A DNA stretch of 64,000 nt, taken from the NCBI GenBank assembly GCA_017441065.1, contig JAFSAI010000033.1, positions 2,581 through 66,580 on the forward strand. The letters are read 5' to 3'. This stretch comes from Bacilli bacterium. GTDB taxonomy: Bacteria > Bacillota_I > Bacilli_A > RF39 > UBA660. Positions 39,295 to 48,796 of the stretch are shown here, in pieces. The notes under the pieces were generated by a model. That model saw nothing but the letters and a program-made list of their open reading frames with translations, was not told the DNA's origin and did no database searches. The translations under genes and the position numbers were made by a program. Each line of letters opens with the position of its first letter. The stretch's first letter is position 1.

Positions 39295-40908
39295 TTAGTT
39301 AGTTGTATATCCAAGTTCTTCTAATACACAATTTGTATATGCTGTAGGTCCACCTAATACATAAATTTGACAAGCATCTACTAAATCATCTACTTCATCT
39401 GAAGTAATTGTTGTATCACCAACTTTACCTAAAATTTCATCTAATTTTTTATCCATTTCAGTTAATTTAGTATCAATATTTCCAGATACTTCTATTAATT
39501 TATCAAATACTGCTTTATTTTCAGATTTAATTAATTCATTAGTTGTTCCGAATTTTTCATTAATTGATTTTTCTAAATCAGATATTTTTGTTTCAACAGA
39601 ACTTACTGCTGCAGCTAAATCAGTATCAATATCTTTTACTGCTATTGAAAGTTCTGATACATCTTCGCTTAATGCATCAATCTTTCCATTTGTAATTGTT
39701 AATTCATCTTTAACTGTTTTTGCAATTGATTCTTTAACTTCATTTAAACTTCTATTCAATATTGCTAATTCGTCTTCTATTTTATCTCCTAAGCTTGTTT
39801 CAAGTTCACCTAAAGTTTTATTTAAACTAGTTTCTAAATTAGTTATTGCAGTATTTATTTCTGCAATGTTTGAATTAATTGTAGCAACTTCTGTAGTTAA
39901 TTTTGTAATCAAATTTGTTTGAACTGCATCAATAACTCCTGCTAAATTTCCTTGTACATTTAATAGAGCTGTTAAAACCATTCCAATATTTGTATTAATA
40001 GTTTCTACATCTTTTGTTATTTTAGCAGCTAAATTACCTTCAACAGTTGTCATAACTGCACTTAAGTTTCCTTGTACATTTAATAAATCAGCACGTAAAT
40101 TATCTATGTTTGTATTAATAGATTTTACATCTTCAGTAATTTTATTAGCTAAATTACTTTCTACTGCTATCATTACACCGCTTAAATTTGTTTGTACATT
40201 TAATAAATCTGTACGTAAAGCATCAATATTTGTATTAATTAATCCAGCTTCAGTTGAAATTTTTCCAGCCAAATTACTTTCTACATTTTGTAATGAATCA
40301 AATAAGTTTGTTTGTACATTTACTAATACAGTACTTAGATTTGCTTGAACATTACTTAAATTTTCATTTAATCTATCTTCTGTATTTTGAATTTCTTCAA
40401 TAACTTCATCTGTTTCACTATCCATTTTATTAGCTAAATTTTCTTGTACATTTTCAAGTGAGTCAAATAAATTTGTTTGTACATTAACTAAAGAATTATA
40501 TAAATTTTCTTGAGTATTAACTAAATTTGTATTTATATTATCATTTGCAGCATCTACTGCATTAATTATTTCTATTGTTTTTTCATTAACACTATTTGTT
40601 AAATTTTCGTAATTTTTATTTGTTGTTTCTTCAAAATTATTAATATTATTATTTAATTTATTATAATTTTTATTAGTATTATTTTCTAAATAAGTAATAC
40701 TTTCTGATACATTATTAAATTTATTATTAAGTTCATCTTTTACATTAGTAATTTTATCACTATTATTTGAAACTGCTGTATCAATATCATTTAATGCTCC
40801 AGCGCTTTTTCCAAATTCTCCAAATAATAGAACAATTCCGATGATTAATACTAAAACTAATATTATATCCATAACTATTTTTCTAGCATTTATTTCTTTC
40901 TTTGCCAT
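39295..40908 (-). CDS. Membrane-anchored coiled-coil protein with tandem 38-40 aa repeats (LLNVQxNLSxVMxxVExNLAxKITxDVxxINTNI)
   Basis: N-terminal TM. At least four imperfect repeats, which are also visible as 117-120 bp tandem DNA repeats. Cys-containing C-terminal tail. Confidence 0.6.
   Translation of the reverse strand: MAKKEINARKIVMDIILVLVLIIGIVLLFGEFGKSAGALNDIDTAVSNNSDKITNVKDELNNKFNNVSESITYLENNTNKNYNKLNNNINNFEETTNKNYENLTNSVNEKTIEIINAVDAANDNINTNLVNTQENLYNSLVNVQTNLFDSLENVQENLANKMDSETDEVIEEIQNTEDRLNENLSNVQANLSTVLVNVQTNLFDSLQNVESNLAGKISTEAGLINTNIDALRTDLLNVQTNLSGVMIAVESNLANKITEDVKSINTNIDNLRADLLNVQGNLSAVMTTVEGNLAAKITKDVETINTNIGMVLTALLNVQGNLAGVIDAVQTNLITKLTTEVATINSNIAEINTAITNLETSLNKTLGELETSLGDKIEDELAILNRSLNEVKESIAKTVKDELTITNGKIDALSEDVSELSIAVKDIDTDLAAAVSSVETKISDLEKSINEKFGTTNELIKSENKAVFDKLIEVSGNIDTKLTEMDKKLDEILGKVGDTTITSDEVDDLVDACQIYVLGGPTAYTNCVLEELGYTTN
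39880..40340 (-). repeat. Imperfect tandem repeats of about 117-120 bp inside the CDS 39295-40908
   Basis: Repeated unit ...TTGTACATTTAATAAATCxGxACGTAAAxxATCxATxTTTGTATTAATxG... recurs 3-4 times. Confidence 0.7.
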
Positions 40909-40924
40909 AAAATTTTTACTCCTC

Positions 40925-42061
40925 CTAATTAATAGTTATTTCATTAAGATAGTCACTATTTATTACTGCTATCTTTTCTAGGTTATCAGTTATATCTTCA
41001 ACTAGTTTTTCTTCTCTCTTAGAATTATAGTAGTCTTCTAATTTAGCATTATCTAGTTTTTCTCTGATAACTATGTGGTAAGCGTAGTCTGAACTTACTA
41101 CTCCACTAATATCTCCAACTTCCAAAGAATTGACTACAGTCTTTAGTTCATCTACTAATGATGATTTTAAGTAATATTCTGATTCAATTTTTCCAGTATA
41201 ACTTTCTGAATACTTCTCAATTAAACTATCAAAATTTGCATCATCTTTGGCCATTTTAACTAAACTTTTAGCAAGTATTTCTTTTTGATTTAATACTGTA
41301 TCGCTTAAATACTTATTAGTATCCAAATCTCTTTTTAGTAAAATAATTTGTTTTATTTTTACATAGTCTTTCTTATAACTTTTTGCTAACTTATCTAGTT
41401 CATCAGTAGTTAAATCATTTCTTTTACCTTCTTTATATAATAAATCAAATATTTTTGAATATAATTTATCTACTTTAGCCACTTCTATATATGCTTCTGT
41501 ATTTGTATGATTTTTCTTTAGCAATTTCTTGTATTCATCTTTACCCCCTAATTTTTCGATAAATACTTCTCTATCTGCTTCTATTTCTTCTAAATCTTTT
41601 TCGTCAAGGGTGATGTTATTTTCTTCGGCAAGTCTTAAAATAGCAGCTGATACTTTAATTTTAGAAATTGTTTTTTCTTTTAAATATTCACCAATAGTTT
41701 GTTCACTATCATTTGATACTTGAGTATTTAAAGTTTCTTCACTCAATTCTGTACCATTAATTCCAAAGTAATCATACTTAATTAAATAAGCATACATATT
41801 AAAATCACTTTCAGTATATTCTATATTATCTATAGTTAATACAACTTTTTCTTTAGTATTTAAAACTAAAGATAGGGTTAATACTATTCCTATAATTAAA
41901 ATAGAAATTAGACCAAATATCAATTTTTTATTAGTTGCTTTTTTTCCTTTTTTATTCTTGCTAGTTTTTTTCGTAGAAATATTTTTACTACTCTTTTTAG
42001 CACTTTGTTTTTTTGTTATTTTTTCTTTATTATCAACCATATTATCCACCCTCTGACTCAA
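40925..42061 (-). CDS. PrsA/SurA-like foldase with a C-terminal parvulin-type PPIase domain
   Basis: Lys-rich N-terminus and a TM anchor. C-terminal GDISGVVSSDYAYHIVIRE matches the parvulin (x)GYHII core. Confidence 0.5.
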   Translation of the reverse strand: MSQRVDNMVDNKEKITKKQSAKKSSKNISTKKTSKNKKGKKATNKKLIFGLISILIIGIVLTLSLVLNTKEKVVLTIDNIEYTESDFNMYAYLIKYDYFGINGTELSEETLNTQVSNDSEQTIGEYLKEKTISKIKVSAAILRLAEENNITLDEKDLEEIEADREVFIEKLGGKDEYKKLLKKNHTNTEAYIEVAKVDKLYSKIFDLLYKEGKRNDLTTDELDKLAKSYKKDYVKIKQIILLKRDLDTNKYLSDTVLNQKEILAKSLVKMAKDDANFDSLIEKYSESYTGKIESEYYLKSSLVDELKTVVNSLEVGDISGVVSSDYAYHIVIREKLDNAKLEDYYNSKREEKLVEDITDNLEKIAVINSDYLNEITIN

Positions 42062-42140
42062 TTATATGCCTTATCTAAAATAACAATTATATTGTACTAA
42101 TATGTGAATAATACTGTCAAGACAATTGTCGAATTTTGTC

Positions 42141-42755
42141 TTATTTTAAAATGGTAAAAATTGCAAAATCTTTATTTCGTGCTAAAATTTCTCTTATTTC
42201 TCTAAATGTTTGACCATTATAGTTTATAAGTTTTGCATGCACACCAATACCATTTAAAGATAAATCATTTGCTATAAATAATGCTCTATACAAATGATAT
42301 TTTTGTGTAACAATTATTACACTCTTATCACTATATTTTTCTTTATAATTAAGTAGACTTTCTGATGTAGAATACCCTTCATAATCTATTAAAATATCTT
42401 CTTCATTTATACCATGTTCTATTAAGTAATTATTCATTACTTCTACTTCACTATATTCTTTAGAATGATCTCCACTAATTAATATTTTATTAACTTTATT
42501 AGATTCATATAACTCTATCCCTTTATTTAGTCTATCTCTAAGCATTAAGCTAGGTTTTCCATTTCTTAAAACACTACATCCTAATATTAATGCTATATCA
42601 TAGTTATCTTTTACTTCATTATATTCAAATATGTTATTCTTTGTTTTAAAAATCACAAAACCATTAATACCAAAAGGTATTAAACAAATTACTAAACATA
42701 TAATTATTAATAGTTTTAATTTTTTCATACTAATCACATAAAAAGTATAACACAC
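42141..42755 (-). CDS. DUF218 (YdcF/SanA/ElyC-like) membrane-anchored protein
   Basis: N-terminal TM followed by a DUF218 core (ILGCSVL...ILISGDHS...YHLYRA). Confidence 0.65.
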   Translation of the reverse strand: MCYTFYVISMKKLKLLIIICLVICLIPFGINGFVIFKTKNNIFEYNEVKDNYDIALILGCSVLRNGKPSLMLRDRLNKGIELYESNKVNKILISGDHSKEYSEVEVMNNYLIEHGINEEDILIDYEGYSTSESLLNYKEKYSDKSVIIVTQKYHLYRALFIANDLSLNGIGVHAKLINYNGQTFREIREILARNKDFAIFTILK

Positions 42756-42793
42756 AAATATTAGTAATAAGTATTATTAAGGAAGTGATTGAC

Positions 42794-43582
42794 ATGTACT
42801 TGAAAAATTTATTTTTAGGAATAATACTTGGTATTGGTTTTATTATTCCTGGTGTTTCTGGTGGAGTTTTAGCTACTATTCTAGGTATCTATGATGAAAT
42901 AATATATAGATTAAATCATTTATTTAAAAACTTTAAAGATAATATATTTTATTTAACTCCCTTAGTTACTGGTGTAATTATAAGTATTCTTTTTTTTAGT
43001 AAATTAATCCTTTATCTTTTAAATAATAAACTCAATTTTATATCTTATGTCTTTATTGGATTAATACTAGGATGCTTACCCTATTTAGTTAAAGAAATCA
43101 AAGTAAAATCAAATAAAAGTATTGCTATTATCCCTTTTATTGTTTCTCTTTTATTTGGTATATTTCTATTTATCATTGAAAAAAATTCTTTAGCTACTAC
43201 TAGCAATCCCAATTTTTTATTAATGATTATTGCCGGTGTATTTTATGCAATTGGAAAAATTGTTCCTGGCATAAGTGGCGCTGCTTTACTTATGCTTCTT
43301 GGTATCTATGAATATTTTTTAAGTATTATTGCTAATCCTTTATCACTTACAATTTCAACTATTATTAAATTTATTCCATTTATTATTTCATTTATTGTTA
43401 GTTCAATATTTATTTTAAAGCTTATTGATTATTTATTATCTAATCACTTTAGAATAACTTACAGTGCCATCATAGGTTTTGTTATCTCTTCTATATTATT
43501 TATCTATCCCAATTATTTTTCTATTTTAAGTTTATTAATAGCATCTTTATCATTTTTAATATCTTATAATTTAAGCAAATAA
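42794..43582 (+). CDS. DUF368 family polytopic membrane protein (putative polyprenyl-phosphate transporter type)
   Basis: Two repeats with PGVSGGV and PGISGAA motifs (DUF368 PGxSRSG-like). The track ORF starts at GTG 42785. The ATG at 42794 follows SD AAGGAAGTGA. Confidence 0.5.
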   Translation: MYLKNLFLGIILGIGFIIPGVSGGVLATILGIYDEIIYRLNHLFKNFKDNIFYLTPLVTGVIISILFFSKLILYLLNNKLNFISYVFIGLILGCLPYLVKEIKVKSNKSIAIIPFIVSLLFGIFLFIIEKNSLATTSNPNFLLMIIAGVFYAIGKIVPGISGAALLMLLGIYEYFLSIIANPLSLTISTIIKFIPFIISFIVSSIFILKLIDYLLSNHFRITYSAIIGFVISSILFIYPNYFSILSLLIASLSFLISYNLSK

Positions 43583-43606
43583 AAAGGAAAGTATTTCTAC
43601 TTTCCG
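43580..43606. terminator. Bidirectional terminator between the convergent DUF368 gene and surface-protein gene E
   Basis: GGAAAGTA-TTTC-TACTTTCC flanked by A5 and T runs. Confidence 0.7.
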
Positions 43607-43617
43607 AAGGGTTAAGT

Positions 43618-43644
43618 CTATTTTAACGTCTTCGTTGACGATTG
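43618..43644 (-). repeat. Conserved 3' UTR element, copy 4 (core only: TATTTTAACGTCTTCGTTGACGAT)
   Basis: Lies immediately after the stop of gene E. Lacks the GAAAGATA hairpin half. Confidence 0.65.
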
Positions 43645-45378
43645 TTAACTTATTATATATGGGTCAGTTGATGTTCCGGTTCCGCTTGTAATTTTTATAG
43701 ATGATTCTAAATAAAAGAATACTCGAAACCAATTAGAAGAAGTAGTAAGACTATAACTTGCGATTGTTCCATAACTAGGGTCCATATAATATGCAAAAGT
43801 TGTACCATTTTTTACTATCATCCACTCTTTCATACCAGCACCAATACCCCGAAACATCCACACGTTTTTTAATGCACTGTTTGCACCAGGATTTCCTCCT
43901 ATATAAGCATATAAATAATCACTTGGATACCCTAATCCTATTTTCGCAGATGTGCTATTTCCCAAATTGATTTCAGCATCGTAGGAATCATCTCCAGAAT
44001 ACATATCAACAATCGAAAAAGCAATTTGACCATATTTCCAATTAACTAGTGCTATTTTACTATCCCATCCACTTGGTACATAGGTAGTATTTGTTAGAAA
44101 TGAACTTCCATTTATTGCTAGATATATCGAAGATGCAGACCATGCAATATCACTTCTTGAGGAGTGCCATTTTAAACCACTCATTTGTTTTTGTTTAATT
44201 AATTTTAACTTACCAGATGAATCAACACCAATTATTCGATACATATATACTTCTAGATTACTTGTACATGTTGATTTGTCTGTTGTTCCAAAACATATGT
44301 AATTATTATCAACTACATCACCAGTTCCTTGGTATCTATACATATCACCATATTCAGCTGTTGAGATATTAGCTATTTCTTTTAATTTACTACTTCCATA
44401 TTTACTTGACATACATGTTCCCATATTTGTATATGATGAACATAATGTGTATAAACTTGGTACTGGTTTGGCGATGCTTATAGCACTTGTTCTATGTCCT
44501 ATGTTTCCTGCTTTATCTTTAACATGAATATAATAATTACCTGTTGCTGTTACTGCTGTTGTACTTGTAAATGTTGTTCCACTTACTTCATCCCATATAC
44601 ATCCGCTTGTTGATGTACTACTTGTATTTACACATACATGTGTTACTCCACTTCCTGTTTCTGTTACTATTACATTTGCTGTTCCTGCTCCACTATCACT
44701 TGCACTTGTTATTACTGGTGATACGGTATCAAGGAACACACTGTCACTTACTACTGGTGATATGTTTTCTGCTGCATCTCTTATAAATGCATATCTTGTA
44801 TTACTTCCTTGTGTGCTTATTGTATAACTTGGTGTTACTGAATTACCTGTTGTGCTTACCCAATTACAACTACTTGAATTGTTTTCTGGATTTATACAAT
44901 AACTTGTTATGTCATTATCTGTCCATGATAGGTATGCTGTTGTATTTGTTGTATTTATATATTCTGGATTAGTACTTCCTCCTAGATAAAATGTAAATGT
45001 TTGTGGTGGCACTTTATCTAAATCAAAGTACAAATAACAGAATAATGTTTTATTACTACTAACTGTTATTTTATTATTGTTATATGATATTACATCACTT
45101 ACTACTTTTCCTTTATTATCTGTACAATTACTTCTTTCTTCATTAAAGTAATATTTTAATCCTATGGGATAGTATTCACTATCTGTATATTCCTCGTATT
45201 CTCCATTTTTATTCTCTACATACATTGAAAACATTTCTTTATTTACTTTATTTTCTTCTTTTATTTCTTTTATATCTTTATTACCATATGATTTGACTGA
45301 TAAATATGTAAACACACATTCTATTACTACTAATAAAGTTATCGTTATTATCCAAAGTTTTTTGTTAACAACTCTCAT
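43645..45378 (-). CDS. Surface-anchored protein, family member E, with an inserted Ser/Thr-rich module. C-term ITSGTGTSTDPYIIS.
   Basis: N-term MRVVNKK + TM. An about 200-aa S/T-rich insertion (VSPVITSASDSGAGTANVIVTETGSGVTHVCVNTSSTSTSG...). Conserved blocks YICFGT, VYMYRIIG and KIGLGYPSDYLYAY. Confidence 0.8.
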   Translation of the reverse strand: MRVVNKKLWIITITLLVVIECVFTYLSVKSYGNKDIKEIKEENKVNKEMFSMYVENKNGEYEEYTDSEYYPIGLKYYFNEERSNCTDNKGKVVSDVISYNNNKITVSSNKTLFCYLYFDLDKVPPQTFTFYLGGSTNPEYINTTNTTAYLSWTDNDITSYCINPENNSSSCNWVSTTGNSVTPSYTISTQGSNTRYAFIRDAAENISPVVSDSVFLDTVSPVITSASDSGAGTANVIVTETGSGVTHVCVNTSSTSTSGCIWDEVSGTTFTSTTAVTATGNYYIHVKDKAGNIGHRTSAISIAKPVPSLYTLCSSYTNMGTCMSSKYGSSKLKEIANISTAEYGDMYRYQGTGDVVDNNYICFGTTDKSTCTSNLEVYMYRIIGVDSSGKLKLIKQKQMSGLKWHSSRSDIAWSASSIYLAINGSSFLTNTTYVPSGWDSKIALVNWKYGQIAFSIVDMYSGDDSYDAEINLGNSTSAKIGLGYPSDYLYAYIGGNPGANSALKNVWMFRGIGAGMKEWMIVKNGTTFAYYMDPSYGTIASYSLTTSSNWFRVFFYLESSIKITSGTGTSTDPYIIS

Positions 45379-45394
45379 ATTATCTTACCCTTCT

Positions 45395-45445
45395 TTTATT
45401 TATAAGGTAAGTATATATTACCCCCCCCGAAGTCAAATTTTTTCA
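45395..45445 (-). promoter_or_regulatory. Paralogous promoter with a G8 tract (C8 on plus, 45421-45428) in the spacer
   Basis: TTGACT (plus 45431-45436), 15-nt spacer, TATACT (plus 45410-45415). Flanks identical to the other two copies. Confidence 0.75.
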
Positions 45446-45679
45446 AAAAAATTGTTGAAAAGATTATGGGCTAAAATCACAAAGTAAAAATAATGGCCAA
45501 GCCATTATTTTTGGAACAAAAGAAAACATGAACTGTTTGTTAGTTTTTGGAGGTATATTTCAAAGTGGATTTGTTAAATTAATAACTAAGTGTAAATGTA
45601 ACCAAATATTCTATATTTATAAAAAATCCCCTTCACTCATAAGATATGCGAAATATCCTAAAGTGAAAGGGCTAATTAA

Positions 45680-46825
45680 TTATATTAAATAAAACACTGT
45701 ATATAATAAGAATGCTACTAATAATGTATATACTATTAATCCATTAATAGTTTCTCTTTTTGTACTTTTATATTTTACTCCTACTATCATAGTAGCTAAG
45801 TATCCACCAATAAGTCCACCAATATGAGCACCATTATCTATTCCTGACATAGTAAATCATAAAAATAAATTTACAATAATAATCGGTATAATTTGACTAG
45901 TTAGTGCATTTGATAGATATAATCTATAATGATAGCCAAAATATAATAAAGCTCCCATTAAACCAAATATAGCACCACTAGCTCCTACTGATAAAGAATT
46001 TTCATAGAATATAATACTAAATAAGCTTCCCATTAAAGCACTTAATATATAAATAATAAAGAATTTTACTTTACCTAAATAAGTTTCTACTTGAGTACCT
46101 ATTATCCATAAAGAATACATATTAACAGCTAAGTGAATAACACTTCCGTGTAAGAAAGCATTAGTAATTAATCTAAATACTTCTCCATTTAGTACTAATC
46201 CTCTGTTATTTGCTCCAAGTAGAATTAATGATTCAGTAAAATTATTTGTAAGAAATAATGATAATAAATACATTACTATACAAGCAATAATTAATAATTT
46301 AGTAACTATTATTTTCTTTGGTTTGAAAACATTTTCAAACTTTTTATTTTCTGCTTCAGTTTTCTTATTAATATCATCAGTAACATCTATAATTTTATCT
46401 AAATTATCAGTCTTTTTAAATTTATTTGTCTTTATCTTTGGATATACACTACTTAAGAATTTATCTTTTTTTACATCTTCTATATCAGTAATATTAACTG
46501 TTGCAATTAAGTTATCTTCTTCAGTAACTTCTACTCCTTTATTTAAATCTAAACATATATTTAATGCATTCATTTTAAATGATAATGTCTTCTTCTTAAT
46601 TTGTTTTATTACAAATTGCATTTTAAACATATCCATATTATATTGTTCTGTATTATGAATATATTTAGAATTAATTCTTACTATTTTATATGGTGCATCT
46701 AAATTTTCTAACCATATTTCATTTTTAACCCCTTGCACATTTATTGGAGTATAATTCTCCTCCGTTACAAAATAATGTACAAGACTCATAATCATTTCAT
46801 CTTTATTATTTAATATTGTGCTCAT
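45680..46825 (-). CDS. Rhomboid family intramembrane serine protease (YqgP/GluP-like) interrupted by a single in-frame TGA at 45857-45859
   Basis: Cytoplasmic N-domain, then TM core with the GASGAIFGL catalytic Ser motif (track ORF 45857..46825). After the in-frame TGA, the reading frame continues unchanged as FTMSGIDNGAHIGGLIGGYLA (catalytic His motif) to TAA at 45680-45682. Terminator hairpin CCCTTCACT...AGTGAAAGGG downstream. Confidence 0.6.
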
Positions 46826-46884
46826 TTAAACTCCTTTGTAATATAATTCTAACCCCATTCATAATATTAGTAAAGGGTGGAATT

Positions 46885-47205
46885 ATGAATTTATTTTTTG
46901 CTTTTTATATTGCAGTTATTTTGTATATTACTATACCAATTTGTAAAATAATTTGGAATGACTTACTTGATCGAGATTTAACTTTTTTACTCTTATCAAA
47001 TTATATCTTAATATTCTTATTATCTATAATATTTAATTATCAAACTAATTTAATTTATAGTATTTTATTAAGTCTTACTTTAATGATTTCAGCATTTTGT
47101 TTGATAAGAAAAATTAAAGATATTTATGGACATTATCAATTATTAAGTATTCCATATTTTATATTTTCAGTATTTGTATTTAGTAATATTTTAGTATTAA
47201 TCTAA
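46885..47205 (+). CDS. Small membrane protein (about 106 aa), hypothetical
   Basis: ATG at 46885 after SD AGGGTGG. 3 predicted TM helices. The track ORF 46816..47205 starts earlier without an SD. Confidence 0.4.
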   Translation: MNLFFAFYIAVILYITIPICKIIWNDLLDRDLTFLLLSNYILIFLLSIIFNYQTNLIYSILLSLTLMISAFCLIRKIKDIYGHYQLLSIPYFIFSVFVFSNILVLI

Positions 47206-48078
47206 TTTTTCTAAATATTCATTAAATTCTCTAGGTAATTCACTAGTAAATTCTAATTGTTCTTTAGTTATAGGATGGGTAAATCTTATAACTTTTGAAT
47301 GTAAAAATTGACCAAATGAAGTTGCTTCTTTATTTACATAAACTGGGTCATTAAATATTGGATAACCAATATATGACATATGTACTCTTATTTGATGGGT
47401 TCTACCAGTTTCTAATACTAAACTTACTAAAGTATAATCTTTATATCTTTTTAAAACTTTTAAATTAGTTCTAGCTACTTTCCCATCACTTCTAACTTCC
47501 ATTTTATTAAAGTTCGTTTTACTTCTTCCAATTGGAGCATCAATATGTGCTGTATCACTTGGAAAATTACCTATTAAAAGTGCATAATACTCACGATATA
47601 CTCTTTTATTTTTAAAATCATCTGATAGTATTTCATGAGCTCTATTAGATTTTGCTACTAACATTAAACCACTAGTATCTTTATCTAATCTATGTACTAT
47701 ACCTACTCGTTCATTACCACCTAGGTCACTAAGTTCATTAGTATAATACATAAGACCATTTACTAAAGTGTTATTTGTATTACCATTACCCGGATGTACT
47801 ACTAAACCACTAGGTTTATTAATAACCATTATATCATCATCTTCATAAACAATATCTAGAGTCATTTCTACTGGATTAATATCTTGTTCTATCTTGTATG
47901 TATCATCTATTTCTACAACATCTTCTAATTTTGTTTTATAACTAGGTTTTGTTATTTTTCCGTTAACTAAAATATATCCTTCTTTTAACATTTTAGTTAT
48001 AAGTTCTCTACTAAATTCAGTATTTTCTCCTAAATATTTATCTATTCTAATATCTTCTCTATCTACTACTAACTTCAT
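47197..48078 (-). CDS. rluD: 23S rRNA pseudouridine synthase, RluA family with an S4 domain (RluD-like)
   Basis: N-terminal S4 RNA-binding domain. Catalytic motif HRLDKDTSGLML. Overlaps lspA. Confidence 0.85.
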   Translation of the reverse strand: MKLVVDREDIRIDKYLGENTEFSRELITKMLKEGYILVNGKITKPSYKTKLEDVVEIDDTYKIEQDINPVEMTLDIVYEDDDIMVINKPSGLVVHPGNGNTNNTLVNGLMYYTNELSDLGGNERVGIVHRLDKDTSGLMLVAKSNRAHEILSDDFKNKRVYREYYALLIGNFPSDTAHIDAPIGRSKTNFNKMEVRSDGKVARTNLKVLKRYKDYTLVSLVLETGRTHQIRVHMSYIGYPIFNDPVYVNKEATSFGQFLHSKVIRFTHPITKEQLEFTSELPREFNEYLEKLD

Positions 48079-48538
48079 TTATATCTTCCTTTTTTAAAAT
48101 TGCTATGATTAATAAGAAGACTCCGATTACTATACATATATCTGCAAAGTTAAATACAGGAAAATCATAGTTAAAAATCGTAAAGTCTAAAAAATCTATT
48201 ACATATCCGTATATTATGCGATCAATTAAATTACCAGTTATTCCAGAATAAAGCATTCCAAATGCTATTATATTTCTAGTGTTCATTTTAAATTTAGTCT
48301 GATAATACATTAATATACCTAACATAATGATAGCTAATATTATAAGTATTACTCTATGACCTGATAAAATATTCCAAGATGCACCATCATTGTATACTTT
48401 TGTGACTGAAAAAAAATTAATAATAATAGACCTTGTTTCCATTAAATTAAAACAATTATCAATTAATAATTTTGTAATTCTATCTATAAATAATAAAAAT
48501 ACTCCTATAAAAATAATTTTTTTCTTCATAAAAATCAC
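48059..48538 (-). CDS. lspA: Lipoprotein signal peptidase II
   Basis: 159 aa, 4 TM. Conserved NxGA (VYNDGASWNIL) and FNFADI motifs. Confidence 0.9.
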   Translation of the reverse strand: MIFMKKKIIFIGVFLLFIDRITKLLIDNCFNLMETRSIIINFFSVTKVYNDGASWNILSGHRVILIILAIIMLGILMYYQTKFKMNTRNIIAFGMLYSGITGNLIDRIIYGYVIDFLDFTIFNYDFPVFNFADICIVIGVFLLIIAILKKEDINEVSSR

Positions 48539-48550
48539 AAATTTATTATA

Positions 48551-48772
48551 TCATAGTTCTACTAAAATTACATCTTCACCTATTTTTTTTATTTTTTCAA
48601 AGTTAATAGTCATATCACTACCTCTAGTCACTTTTCTAAGTATTTTCTTTTCTTCAACAACAAAATAATTTATTTTTCCACTACTATCTACTCTAGCATC
48701 AATAATTCTTCCCAAATTATTTCCATCTCTCATATTTATAACATCTTTAGTTTGTAAATCGCTTAGTAACAT
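48551..48772 (-). CDS. ylmC: YlmC/YmxH family sporulation protein (PRC-barrel)
   Basis: 73 aa (DLQTKDVINMRDGNNLGRIIDARVDSSGKI). Downstream of sigG, as in spore formers. Confidence 0.75.
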   Translation of the reverse strand: MLLSDLQTKDVINMRDGNNLGRIIDARVDSSGKINYFVVEEKKILRKVTRGSDMTINFEKIKKIGEDVILVEL

Positions 48773-48796
48773 AACTTCACCTAGTTTAAGTATATG

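Noticed and set aside
405-45378. Surface-protein family members as type IV pilins/pseudopilins
   Set aside because: No G-F/Y-T-L-I-E prepilin cleavage motif, the proteins are 380-580 aa, and the conserved Glu is at +14 of the hydrophobic segment rather than +5.
45857-45859. Possibility that TGA encodes Trp (translation table 4)
   Set aside because: Long housekeeping ORFs (dnaK, lon, dnaG, thrS and others) are intact under the standard code, and no other conserved gene shows in-frame TGA. The rhomboid TGA is therefore an isolated event.
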